Positions 32,031-41,483 of a DNA stretch of 53,245 nt are shown here, in pieces; position 1 is the first letter of the stretch; every line of letters begins with the position of its first letter. The stretch covers positions 1 through 53,245 of the IMG/VR virus record IMGVR_UViG_3300032246_001650. One strand, written 5' to 3'. This DNA comes from a virus (lineage: Duplodnaviria > Caudoviricetes). The position numbers were made by a program, and so were the translations under genes. Below the pieces are notes generated by a model, which saw only the letters and a program-made list of their open reading frames with translations, was not told where the DNA came from and made no database searches.

Positions 32031-32352
32031 TCTGTTTGGCCTCCCAAATTTCCAATGTTATATTTATGTCATAATAAAGGTTATGAAAAACGATATAAAC
32101 ACTACAATCAAACAATTTTTAAAAATTACTTTCCCTAAACAATTTATTTACTACAACAATCCAAAATCAATCAAAATTCAATTACCAAATTCAATTTCCG
32201 AATCTTTAATTACTTTTTTACAATCTCAAAATATTGAATTTACTTCTACCCAACCCGAATATATTATTAAAAATTTGTTTTATATAAAAAATATGACTCA
32301 AATTGTAATTAAAAAATAAAACATTATATTAATCAAATAAATAATAAAAGTT

Positions 32353-33528
32353 ATGAGTAAAAAAGATCTTATTTCAATCAACGTAAACGAACTTAAAGAA
32401 TTTTTAGGCCACATTATTTCAAATAATCAATTTTTGCAATCTCAGGGTAAGTCACCTGTTAGTGTAGAGGTTATTGGTGAAAGTGGTATTGGTAAAACAT
32501 CTGCTATTATTCAATTAGCAAAAGAACAAAATTTAAATTTTGTTAAACTAAACTTAGCCCAAATTGAAGAAATTGGTGACTTGGTAGGTTTTCCAATTCG
32601 TCAATTTGAAGTAGAAATGAATAATGAAAAAACTTGGGTTGACGAACATGCTTTTGATGAGTATATGAAACTTGGTTATAATTCAACTGGTTTGAATCGT
32701 ATGAGTTATTGTCCGCCTGAATGGATTTCTGGTAAAGAAGAAGGTGGTATTCTATTATTGGATGACTGGAATAGAGCTGATGTTAGGTTTATTCAAGCTG
32801 TAATGGAACTAATTGATAGACAACAATATATTAGTTGGACATTGCCTAAAAATTGGCATATTATTTTAACTGCCAATCCTGATAATGGAGATTATTTAGT
32901 TAATAGTATCGATAATGCTCAAAAAACTCGATTTATTAGTGTTCAATTAAAATATGATATTGATTGTTGGGCTAAATGGGCTGAGGAGAACCATATTGAT
33001 GGTAGATGTATTAACTTCTTATTAATGCATCCAGAATTAGTTACTACTGAAGTAAATAGTAGAAGTGTATCTATGTTCTTTAATAGTATTTCATCTATTA
33101 AATCGTTTGATGAGAGTTTACCTTTGATTCAGATGATTGGAGAGGGTTCAGTTGGTTCTGAGTTTAGTAGTTTGTTTACTATGTTTATTAATAATAAACT
33201 AGATAAAATGATTACTCCTGAGAATATTATGAAACAGGATGAAAAGTATGTTACTAATACTTTAAAGTCTTTAGTTGGTAAAGATAGTAAATATAGAGCA
33301 GATATTGCATCTACTTTATCTACTAGGATTGTAAACTATTTAGATATTTTTGCTAAGAATAATCATGTTGAGAAAGATATTATTGATAGAATCTCAACTT
33401 TAGTAACTGAGGAAATTTTTACAACCGATATTTGTTATAATATGGTTAAATCTATTTATAATAATAATATGAATAAATTTAAACCTATGATTATGAATAA
33501 AGATTTGGTTAAATATATAATGAAATAA
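32353..33528 (+). CDS. MoxR-like AAA+ ATPase
   Basis: GESGIGKT, GDLVGFP, PPEW, LLLDDWNRA, ILTANP, RF. Confidence 0.85.
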   Translation: MSKKDLISINVNELKEFLGHIISNNQFLQSQGKSPVSVEVIGESGIGKTSAIIQLAKEQNLNFVKLNLAQIEEIGDLVGFPIRQFEVEMNNEKTWVDEHAFDEYMKLGYNSTGLNRMSYCPPEWISGKEEGGILLLDDWNRADVRFIQAVMELIDRQQYISWTLPKNWHIILTANPDNGDYLVNSIDNAQKTRFISVQLKYDIDCWAKWAEENHIDGRCINFLLMHPELVTTEVNSRSVSMFFNSISSIKSFDESLPLIQMIGEGSVGSEFSSLFTMFINNKLDKMITPENIMKQDEKYVTNTLKSLVGKDSKYRADIASTLSTRIVNYLDIFAKNNHVEKDIIDRISTLVTEEIFTTDICYNMVKSIYNNNMNKFKPMIMNKDLVKYIMK

Positions 33529-33592
33529 GATCGACATTGGGGGTTTGGCTATCCAAATCCCCTTTGTTATATTAAAATAAATAATAAAAGTT

Positions 33593-34696
33593 ATGATAGT
33601 AAAAAATAGTATTTCTCCTAGATTCTCCCGTTATAATAATCATGGGTATTTTTATCTTTCTTATAATGATGTTGATAGTTATAATTTTTATAATGAGGAA
33701 GAGTTAGAATTTCATAAAAATAAATTAGTTACTCTTTTAAATAATGAAGGGAAAGGAACAATAAAAAAAGTTCTTTATGTAGGTAAAGCCTCAAATATTC
33801 CTCGTCATAAAATCAAAGCATTCATTTCAGAGAATAAAATCAAAAAAACATCCTTAATTGAAAGTTCAGATACTGTCATCTTTGATAAAAAAGTTATTAA
33901 AGATGTTTATGATTGGTTTAATAAATCTGTTGAAAAAAAAGTAGCTATTGTGCCTCTTACACAAAAAATAATAGATGGCATGCTTCAAAATAATAAAGAG
34001 TTTGCTCAAACCACCGGTAGAAATAGTAGTACTCCTGATTTGAGAAATAAATTTAAAAATAAAGAAAATGTTGTTATATATGAGCAGGAGTATAATAATC
34101 TTACTTTACAAGCTCAAGCTATTTTTGGTAATTTAAATTGGGAAAATTATTATGAACAATCTAATTACCGTGTTAAAAATTTAAGAGAAATTTATGAAAC
34201 ACTTGAATATTATTTTAAAAATCCCCACGGTAATGTTATTTGGGATGATGTTGTTTTAGATACTCTTAATAATGATGGTATTGATTTAAATGAAGAGTAT
34301 TTAAGTACATTAGATAGTATGTTCAATAGTGGAGATAAAGAACATATTCAATTAGCATTAGAAATGTTAAATAATGTTAATTTAGAAAAACATGGTTTAA
34401 CAGTAGCTCTTCTTTTAAACAAATATAAAGACACTTCAGGACTAAGTAAAAGTAATAGTAGTAATAATGCTTTTAGAACTTTAGATCGTTATTTCTTAAA
34501 TAAAGAAATTGATTGGAGAAGTGATTATAGACATTTTAGTGCTGGTTTATATAAAAACTATTCTAATAATACAGAACAAAAAGAAATAATTGAAAAATTT
34601 GTTTTAGAAAATATTAACACATACTTAAATGACTTTAAAGGAGGAGTTATAAGTATACAAATAGATAATTTTGAAATTAGTTTAAAAAACAAATAA
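33593..34696 (+). CDS. Hypothetical protein between the AAA+ and vWA genes
   Basis: 367-aa ORF with its own promoter. Confidence 0.75.
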   Translation: MIVKNSISPRFSRYNNHGYFYLSYNDVDSYNFYNEEELEFHKNKLVTLLNNEGKGTIKKVLYVGKASNIPRHKIKAFISENKIKKTSLIESSDTVIFDKKVIKDVYDWFNKSVEKKVAIVPLTQKIIDGMLQNNKEFAQTTGRNSSTPDLRNKFKNKENVVIYEQEYNNLTLQAQAIFGNLNWENYYEQSNYRVKNLREIYETLEYYFKNPHGNVIWDDVVLDTLNNDGIDLNEEYLSTLDSMFNSGDKEHIQLALEMLNNVNLEKHGLTVALLLNKYKDTSGLSKSNSSNNAFRTLDRYFLNKEIDWRSDYRHFSAGLYKNYSNNTEQKEIIEKFVLENINTYLNDFKGGVISIQIDNFEISLKNK

Positions 34697-34744
34697 CAGA
34701 TTTGGCCTTTGGGCCATTTTTTGTTATATTAATATAAATAGGTT

Positions 34745-35920
34745 ATGAATAATACATACGAAGAAATTGCTAAGTGTTCTAAGCAACTAATGCTTAAAGA
34801 ACCATTTTATGGTTTGTTTTTAATAGGTCTAAATAAAGAATTAGATAAAAGTATTTTAACAGCTTGTGTTACTCCTGATAAGATTAATGTTAAATTAAAA
34901 GTTAATCCTGATTTTTGGAATACATTAGATGATAAAACTAAATTAGGAGTATTAAAACATGAATTGCTCCATATTTGTTTTTTCCATTTAATTAATTGGG
35001 ATCGTTTTGAGAATAAGAAAATATATAATATGGCTGCTGATTTAGAAATCAACCAGTATATTAATAACGATATGAAAGGAGATATGTGGGATGGTTTAGA
35101 AATTTTTAATTCTCCATTTAAAGAACTTAATTTAAAAGAAAGACAAGGTACAGAGTATTATTATAAGGCCTTAATGCAAGATATTCAGGATAATCCAGAA
35201 GGAGATATAGCTAAAATGGCTAATGATAATGGTTTTGAGATGGATTTAGAAGGATTGATGGAGGGTATGAGTGAGGCAGAAAAGAAATTAATTGCTAAAC
35301 AAATTGATCACCAATTAAAAGAAATTGCAGAGAATAATAAAGGTAAAGGTAGAGGATTTGTACCAGGTGAAATGCAAGATTATATTGATAGTTTATTTGA
35401 AATTGTTGAACCTGTTATTGATTGGAAATCATATTTAAGACGTTTTAATAGTATGTCTACTATGATTTATACTAAAAAAACAAGACGTAAACCAAATAGA
35501 CGATTTGGAGTTGGTCCTGCTTTAAAAATTAAACAAAAGAAAAGAACATTAGTAGCTATTGATACTTCAGGTTCAGTTAGTAATGAAGATTTATTAGAAT
35601 TCTTTAATGAGATTTACCACATATATAAATCAGGTACTTATGTTGATATTATAGAATGTGATGCTTGTATTCAAAGAGTATATGAGTATAAAGGTGAAAG
35701 AAATGAAATTAAAGTACAAGGTAGAGGTGGTACTGATTTTGAACCAGTAATGGTTTATTTAGCCGAAAATAAAGATAAATATGCTAATTTAATTTATTTA
35801 ACTGATGGTGAATGTACTGCTCCTAATACTCAACCAATGAAACCTATGTTATGGGTTCATAGCTCAGGCCATAATATAAATGAATCATTACCTGGTGCTA
35901 AAATTAGAATTATAAGGTAA
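34745..35920 (+). CDS. Putative metallopeptidase + vWA protein (DUF2201-like)
   Basis: HELLH (HExxH), NMAADLEINQ, AIDTSGS MIDAS, GRGGTDF, YLTDG. Confidence 0.88.
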   Translation: MNNTYEEIAKCSKQLMLKEPFYGLFLIGLNKELDKSILTACVTPDKINVKLKVNPDFWNTLDDKTKLGVLKHELLHICFFHLINWDRFENKKIYNMAADLEINQYINNDMKGDMWDGLEIFNSPFKELNLKERQGTEYYYKALMQDIQDNPEGDIAKMANDNGFEMDLEGLMEGMSEAEKKLIAKQIDHQLKEIAENNKGKGRGFVPGEMQDYIDSLFEIVEPVIDWKSYLRRFNSMSTMIYTKKTRRKPNRRFGVGPALKIKQKKRTLVAIDTSGSVSNEDLLEFFNEIYHIYKSGTYVDIIECDACIQRVYEYKGERNEIKVQGRGGTDFEPVMVYLAENKDKYANLIYLTDGECTAPNTQPMKPMLWVHSSGHNINESLPGAKIRIIR

Positions 35921-36119
35921 ATGGAAGATAAATACTTTGGTAAAACAAAAGAAGAATTTATTGATTTTATAACTGATATGCTTATGACAGATAATGCTTT
36001 AGCTAATAATATATTAAATGAATATTTTAGTGATGAAACAACAGAATGTTGGAATTTTAGAACCTCTATTGTTGTTGAATATTATATTAAAAAACAAAAA
36101 AAAGAAAAAAAAAAAATAA

Positions 36120-36578
36120 ATGGAAAAATTTATAATTGAAAAAGAATTAGTTGATGGCTTTGCCGACGTCATTAAAAGTGCTGATAAAGATGGTATTAAA
36201 ATGGCCTTAGATATTATCTCTAATAGAGACACTGAACATAAAGAAAGTGAAAAAAACTTTCTAGAAATAATGAATAAAATCATTAAAGATACAGAGTTAT
36301 TTCCTGTAACTGAAGTATGGATTATTAAATTAGGAGGCCGTATTCTGACTTGTAAAGGCCAATCAGGATTCGTTTCAGAATCAGATGCTAAAAGACAATT
36401 GTCTCTCCATCTAACAAGACTAATAGGTTCTAAAAGTAAACATTATGATAATGAAAGTTACAGTCGTAGGTTTACTCCTTACCAAATTGCTTTGAGACGA
36501 ATTTTTAAATCAGGAAATGATTTGAGAAATTTTTTAATTAAAAATGGTTTAGTAGAAGTTGTTAGTATTAAATACTGA
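36120..36578 (+). CDS. Hypothetical protein
   Basis: 152-aa ORF. Confidence 0.7.
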   Translation: MEKFIIEKELVDGFADVIKSADKDGIKMALDIISNRDTEHKESEKNFLEIMNKIIKDTELFPVTEVWIIKLGGRILTCKGQSGFVSESDAKRQLSLHLTRLIGSKSKHYDNESYSRRFTPYQIALRRIFKSGNDLRNFLIKNGLVEVVSIKY

Positions 36579-36579
36579 T

Positions 36580-37296
36580 ATGAAAGAAATAATAGAATTA
36601 AATAGATTACCTGGAAAATATGAGGATGTAATTCTACCAATGATGTTTACAAATCCTAAATTAACTTTAGGAGGCAGTTTAGCATTATATATTTTAGGTT
36701 TAATAAAGTATAATTTTTCAGGTCGCACTCCAGATATAGATTTTAGTTTAACTGAAGCTTTAGATGAAGAAGATTTGACTTGGTTAATGAATTTTTTTGA
36801 ATTAAAACCAGCATCCAAACCAGCATATGATAATGTGGAATTTAATACTGAGAATTTAATAGATCATGAATTAATTTTATTAGAAAAAGATATAGAAATA
36901 GATTTTATTAATTCAGATAGTAGTTGGGAAAAATATTTTAAAGTAGATATATTTAATAAAAATTATTTACCTAAAAAAGATTGGTTTGAATTAGATTATT
37001 TTGGAACTAAAATAAAAATGACTCACCCAAGTGTTATTTTTGCTGCTAAAATGAAATATGCTACTGATCTTAAAGTAGGTAAACAACGTAAACATTTTGA
37101 TGATATTCAAAATATAGATTGGGATAATTATTTTAAAACTATCAGACATATTAAAACAGAAAATGAACAATATAAAGAAATTAGTAGTGATGCTTCTATT
37201 CAAGATGTTTTTAGTTTTAGAATAAAAAAATACTATTTTGATCCAGTAATGGACATATATACACCTATTAGTAATTCTGTAGATTTGCCTTTTTAA
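36580..37296 (+). CDS. Nucleotidyltransferase-fold protein
   Basis: LGGSLAL...RTPDIDF, KVDIF, terminal KHFDD helix. Confidence 0.65.
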   Translation: MKEIIELNRLPGKYEDVILPMMFTNPKLTLGGSLALYILGLIKYNFSGRTPDIDFSLTEALDEEDLTWLMNFFELKPASKPAYDNVEFNTENLIDHELILLEKDIEIDFINSDSSWEKYFKVDIFNKNYLPKKDWFELDYFGTKIKMTHPSVIFAAKMKYATDLKVGKQRKHFDDIQNIDWDNYFKTIRHIKTENEQYKEISSDASIQDVFSFRIKKYYFDPVMDIYTPISNSVDLPF

Positions 37297-37310
37297 TATA
37301 TTTATAACAT

Positions 37311-37793
37311 ATGGCGAATATCGTACTTTTAAGTTGTACTAAATCAAAATTAGACAAACCAGCTCCAGCTAAAGATATGTATTCACCTTCTCCTATGTTC
37401 CAAAAAACAAAGGCGTATGGTGAAGCACTTAAGCCTGATAAAATGTTTATTTTATCTGCTAAATATGGTTTATTACCTATGGATAAACAGATTGAACCTT
37501 ATGATTTGACTTTGAAAACTATGAAAAAAGATGAAAAAGACAAATGGGGTGAAATGGTAAAACAACAAATGGGTAAAGCGGGAGTTAATCCTCAATCAGA
37601 TAAATTTACTTTTCTAACTGGTTCCGAATATATGAAACCTCTTGAATCATTTATTCCAGAAGGTAACATTGAAAAACCTATGGAAGGTAAGAGAATGGGT
37701 GAAAGATTATCTTGGTTAAACTCACAAGCTCAAAAATTAAAAGAATTTATTCAAAATTTAAAGAAAACTATTTATGAAATTATCCGCAAATAA
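37311..37793 (+). CDS. DUF6884-like protein
   Basis: IVLLSCTKSK...AKDMY...FILSAKYGL...IEPYDLTL...MGERLSWL. Confidence 0.7.
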   Translation: MANIVLLSCTKSKLDKPAPAKDMYSPSPMFQKTKAYGEALKPDKMFILSAKYGLLPMDKQIEPYDLTLKTMKKDEKDKWGEMVKQQMGKAGVNPQSDKFTFLTGSEYMKPLESFIPEGNIEKPMEGKRMGERLSWLNSQAQKLKEFIQNLKKTIYEIIRK

Positions 37794-38097
37794 TTTACAC
37801 GAGTACATTCAGCTATATTTAAACGATGTTGAAGACTATGATTCTTCAGAACAATACATGTTGGCTGAAAACGTACTTAATCCGGTTAAAAACCTTATAT
37901 TAGAGTCAAATACTGATCCTATGACAATGTTATTAGAAATGAGAAACGTGGCTAATAACGCTGATAAGGCGGTTATAGAAGACTTTATATTGTATTTAGG
38001 TAACGTTTAAAAACCTCCCTTCACCTCTTTAACCTCTTGTTTGGCTCACCAGGAACCAAATGTTATATTTATGTCATAATAAAAAATAATAAGAGTT

Positions 38098-38901
38098 ATG
38101 TTAGACATTAGAAACACAAATTTCATCACTAAATCAGAAATTAAAAATCGCGCTAAATCAATTTTTACAGAAACAGGCGCTCCAAATGTAAGTGATAAAT
38201 ACGCTCACATTTCAACTGAAAAAATCATTGATGATATGGAATTGTTAGGTTGGGGAGTAGTAGATGCTAAAGAAGTTAAAGCACGTAAAGGTATTGGTTT
38301 CCAAAAACACTTAGTTGTGTTCCGTAATAATGAAATTCAGATCACTTCAGAAGATGGTGATAATGTTTATCCACAAATTCTATTAACAAATTCACATGAC
38401 GGTAAAAATGCATTTACTTTCACAGCTGGTTTGTTCCGTATGGTTTGTGAAAATGGTTTGGTTGTTTCAAGCCGTGAATTTGAAAATATGAAAATTCGTC
38501 ATTACGGTTACACGTTTGAAGAATTACAAGAAGTGATTAAAACAATGGTTGAAAAATTACCATTGACAGTTGAATCACTTAACAAATTCCGTTCTGTAGA
38601 ATTAGGTCAAGAACAAGCACTTGATTTTGCTAAAAAAGCTTTGTTAACTCGTTTTGATGAAAATGAATTAGAAAACATCAAAATTGATTTTAATGATTTA
38701 CTTACACCAGTTCGTAAAGAAGATAAAGGTTCTGATTTATGGTCTGTGTATAATGTAATTCAAGAAAAATTAACGCATGGTATGTTTAACTATGGTTATG
38801 GTAATAAAGTTCGTAAAGCTCGTAAAATTAAAAACTTTAATAAAGATTTAGAATTGAACGAGAAATTATACGATTTGGCACTTGAATACGTTCCCGCATA
38901 A
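38098..38901 (+). CDS. DUF932/DUF945-family protein
   Basis: LTNSHDG, GLFRMVCENGLV, IRH, DLWSVYNVIQE. Confidence 0.85.
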   Translation: MLDIRNTNFITKSEIKNRAKSIFTETGAPNVSDKYAHISTEKIIDDMELLGWGVVDAKEVKARKGIGFQKHLVVFRNNEIQITSEDGDNVYPQILLTNSHDGKNAFTFTAGLFRMVCENGLVVSSREFENMKIRHYGYTFEELQEVIKTMVEKLPLTVESLNKFRSVELGQEQALDFAKKALLTRFDENELENIKIDFNDLLTPVRKEDKGSDLWSVYNVIQEKLTHGMFNYGYGNKVRKARKIKNFNKDLELNEKLYDLALEYVPA

Positions 38902-38964
38902 AGGGAATGTATTTAAGTTTGGCAATTTGGAAGTTCTTTTATATATTTATATCAATAAATAATT

Positions 38965-39050
38965 GCCGCGGTGGGGAAACAGGTAGACCCGCAAGACTTA
39001 AAATCTTGTTCGCCGAAAGGTGAGTGCCGGTTCGATTCCGGCCCGCGGTA
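38965..39050 (+). tRNA. tRNA-Leu(TAA)
   Basis: Cloverleaf, CAAGA-CTTAAAA-TCTTG, long variable arm. Confidence 0.93.
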
Positions 39051-39081
39051 CAAAAATAAAAAATTATAATATTTATACAAA

Positions 39082-39234
39082 ATGAAAAAAGTTATTTTAG
39101 CGATCGCAGTAATGTTTGTTTTAGCTTCTTGTGCTAACAACACTTCAGAATCAATTGATATTGATTCATTGTCAGCTGATTCTATCACCGTTGATACGAT
39201 TTCAGTGGACACTACAGGCACGGACAGCCTTTAA
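39082..39234 (+). CDS. 50-aa acidic lipoprotein (not in the ORF track)
   Basis: MKKVILAIAVMFVLASC lipobox followed by D/S/T-rich tail. Confidence 0.75.
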   Translation: MKKVILAIAVMFVLASCANNTSESIDIDSLSADSITVDTISVDTTGTDSL

Positions 39235-39245
39235 TTGTCCTTTAA

Positions 39246-39317
39246 GCTTCTGTAGTTTAGCAGGTAAAACTTCGGATTTGTAACCCGACGTCCCCAGTTC
39301 GACCCTGGGTGGAAGCT
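39246..39317 (+). tRNA. tRNA-Thr(TGT)
   Basis: Cloverleaf, loop TTTGTAA. Confidence 0.88.
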
Positions 39318-39324
39318 CAATAAT

Positions 39325-39397
39325 GCGATAGTAGCTCAGTTGGTAGAGCATCACCTTGCCAAGGTGAGGGTCGCAGGTTCGAACCCTGTCTATCGCT
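39325..39397 (+). tRNA. tRNA-Gly(GCC)
   Basis: Cloverleaf, loop TTGCCAA. Confidence 0.95.
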
Positions 39398-39457
39398 CAG
39401 AATGTTGAGAATGGGAGCTTATTCCACAACAACCACTGCAGTGGTAAATAAGTGCCT

Positions 39458-39534
39458 GCGGGTGTCGTATAATGGTTTTATTATATTAGACTTCCAATCT
39501 AAGGATGAGAGTTCGATTCTCTCCACCCGCTCCA
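39458..39534 (+). tRNA. tRNA-Gly(TCC)
   Basis: Cloverleaf, loop CTTCCAA, encoded CCA. Confidence 0.92.
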
Positions 39535-39625
39535 AAAAGAAAAAAAAAAGAAAAAAAAATTTAATATAGTTTGGCATTTTGAAATTCCTTACATATATTT
39601 ATAACATATTAAAAAACATAAAAAA

Positions 39626-39779
39626 ATGAAACATTGTCAGTCATATCAATTTAGTCTTAAAGCCGCTTGGATGAATCGTCCGGTGTCTGAAGATATTAGA
39701 TTGAATGGGCTTATGATGTGATGTTTTTGAAACATATTGAAACACAAAGTAAGCCCGGTTCACAAGATCGGGTTTTTTT
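39626..39779 (+). promoter_or_regulatory. Leader peptide (39626-39721) with terminator/antiterminator
   Basis: 31-aa uORF; terminator AAGCCCGGT..ATCGGGTTTTTTT (39751-79); GGGCTTAT (39707-14) is complementary to GTAAGCCC (39749-56). Confidence 0.65.
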
Positions 39780-39780
39780 A

Positions 39781-39792
39781 GTTCTTTGACAT
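39781..39792 (+). promoter_or_regulatory. boxA-like antitermination element
   Basis: GTTCTTTGACAT, repeated at 41461 and 42210; GTTCTTTAACAT at 45339. Confidence 0.65.
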
Positions 39793-39804
39793 ATGAGAAG
39801 CAAT

Positions 39805-39877
39805 GCGACGGTAGCAAAGATGGTCAATGCGCTGGACTGAAAATCCAGTCATGCAGGTTCGAGTCCTGCCCGTCGCA
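39805..39877 (+). tRNA. tRNA-Phe(GAA)
   Basis: Cloverleaf, loop CTGAAAA. Confidence 0.93.
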
Positions 39878-39887
39878 CAAATAATAT

Positions 39888-39963
39888 CGTGGGGTAGAGG
39901 AGGCAGGTTTATCTCATCCGCCTTGGACGCGGAGGCACGTGGGTTCGAATCCCACCTTCACGA
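39888..39963 (+). tRNA. tRNA-Pro(TGG)
   Basis: Cloverleaf, loop CTTGGAC (A37). Confidence 0.88.
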
Positions 39964-40025
39964 CAAAAAAAATCGTATAATGTGAAATGCGCAATCACAG
40001 CAGGTTAAGCGATATCCTGCATTAT

Positions 40026-40099
40026 GACTTCGTAGCTCAATAGGTTAGAGCACCTCACTTTTAATGAGGGGGTTTCGAGTTCGAGTCTCGACGGGGTCA
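40026..40099 (+). tRNA. tRNA-Lys(TTT)
   Basis: CCTCA-CTTTTAA-TGAGG. Confidence 0.94.
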
Positions 40100-40206
40100 C
40101 AAGCTGTTATGCTTCAGAAGTGCTAGTTAGTGAAACACCTAATTGATGAGCCCATCAAAAAGTGAGTAGTTTTTGTAGTAACTACTTAAAATTAAACTAC
40201 AAAGTT

Positions 40207-40279
40207 CTTTCCTTAACTCAATTGGCAGAGTGCTCTCTTTACATGGGAGGAGTTATTGGTTCGAGTCCAGTAGGAAAGA
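40207..40279 (+). tRNA. tRNA-Val(TAC)
   Basis: Cloverleaf, loop TTTACAT. Confidence 0.88.
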
Positions 40280-40287
40280 CAAAAAAT

Positions 40288-40369
40288 GCCAGTATCGCAT
40301 AGCGGCAATTGCAAGGGACTGTAAATCCCTCCTCTTCGGAGTTCGTAGGTTCGAGTCCTACTGCTGGCA
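40288..40369 (+). tRNA. tRNA-Tyr(GTA)
   Basis: Loop CTGTAAA, variable arm. Confidence 0.94.
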
Positions 40370-40476
40370 CTAATTAGATGAAAGACACTTCAGAGATGGT
40401 TGACAGGAATCGGCGTTAGCGGTTCTAATAAGTGTTTTTTAGTATGAAGTACAAATACTAAATAGTCTGATTATTT

Positions 40477-40550
40477 GGAGATATAGCTCAATTGGTTAGA
40501 GCACTTGCCTGATACGCAAGGGGTTATAGGTTCAAGTCCTGTTTTCTCCA
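40477..40550 (+). tRNA. tRNA-Ile(GAT)
   Basis: CTTGC-CTGATAC-GCAAG. Confidence 0.92.
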
Positions 40551-40559
40551 CAACTAAAT

Positions 40560-40635
40560 GGTGTATGTAGCTCAGAGGAAGAGTATCCGCTTGTGACGCG
40601 GAAGGTCGGGATTTCGAAATTCCTCATACACCCCA
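40560..40635 (+). tRNA. tRNA-His(GTG)
   Basis: G-1:C73, loop TTGTGAC, encoded CCA. Confidence 0.9.
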
Positions 40636-40639
40636 AATT

Positions 40640-40723
40640 GGAGAGTAAAACAGTAAGGTTGCTGTCACCGCCTGCTAAGCGAGTGGTACTTTCGGGTATG
40701 AATTTCGACTATTCTGCTCTCCG
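40640..40723 (+). tRNA. tRNA-Ser(GCT), divergent
   Basis: GGAGAG acceptor, loop CTGCTAA, variable arm, G73; atypical D and T arms. Confidence 0.75.
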
Positions 40724-40753
40724 CTATGTAAAACTATTTATAAAAAACAGATT

Positions 40754-41206
40754 ATGAACTTCAGGACTCTATCAAACAGAAAAACAGTTGACTTAGTTGA
40801 CTATGTTAAAGCGTATTTAAACGACAATCCCGACACAGAATTGTTAGTTGGGTGCGATTCGCAAAACTATGCATATAACACGACATATGCAACTGTAGTT
40901 GCACTTTATAAACCAAAGGGCGGCGCGCATGTTTTATTTAATAAGGAAATTTTACCTATTGAAAGAACAAGACAAGTACGTTTAATGAATGAAGTTTGGA
41001 AATCTATTGAAGTAGCAGAATTATTAAAAAATTCAGGTTTACCTCAAGTTAAATATATTGACATAGACATCAACCCAGACAAAAAATATAAATCAAATGA
41101 AGTGTTAAGAGCAGCAGTTGGTTTAGTTGAAGGTATGGGTTATACAGTTAGATACAAATCAATGGGTGTAGCTGCAACTTACGCCGCAGATATGTTAGTA
41201 AAGTAA
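40754..41206 (+). CDS. RNase H-like YkuK-family protein
   Basis: LLVGCDSQ, RLMNEVWKS, IDIDIN, ATYAAD. Confidence 0.82.
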   Translation: MNFRTLSNRKTVDLVDYVKAYLNDNPDTELLVGCDSQNYAYNTTYATVVALYKPKGGAHVLFNKEILPIERTRQVRLMNEVWKSIEVAELLKNSGLPQVKYIDIDINPDKKYKSNEVLRAAVGLVEGMGYTVRYKSMGVAATYAADMLVK

Positions 41207-41213
41207 CTAACAC

Positions 41214-41287
41214 GGTTCCTTAGCTTAATGGATTAAAGCACTTCGCTACGAACGAAGAGAGTATAGGTTCGAGTCCTATAGGAACCT
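41214..41287 (+). tRNA. tRNA-Arg(ACG)
   Basis: CTTCG-CTACGAA-CGAAG. Confidence 0.93.
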
Positions 41288-41295
41288 CAAAATAT

Positions 41296-41366
41296 GGTCA
41301 GTTGTCCGATTGGTAAGGTGTGGCTCTGCAAAAGCCTTTATATAGGTTCAAATCCTATACTGACCT
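41296..41366 (+). tRNA. tRNA-Cys(GCA)
   Basis: Loop CTGCAAA, U73. Confidence 0.9.
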
Positions 41367-41373
41367 CAAAAAT

Positions 41374-41444
41374 ACGAGTGTGGTGAAATGGTATCATTTT
41401 GCTCTCCAAAAGCAAAGTTGAGGGTTCGAATCCTTCCACTCGTG
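41374..41444 (+). tRNA. tRNA-Trp(CCA)
   Basis: TTGCT-CTCCAAA-AGCAA, G73. Confidence 0.92.
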
Positions 41445-41483
41445 CTCGAATGTTTTTTATGTTCTTTGACATATTTATTATTG

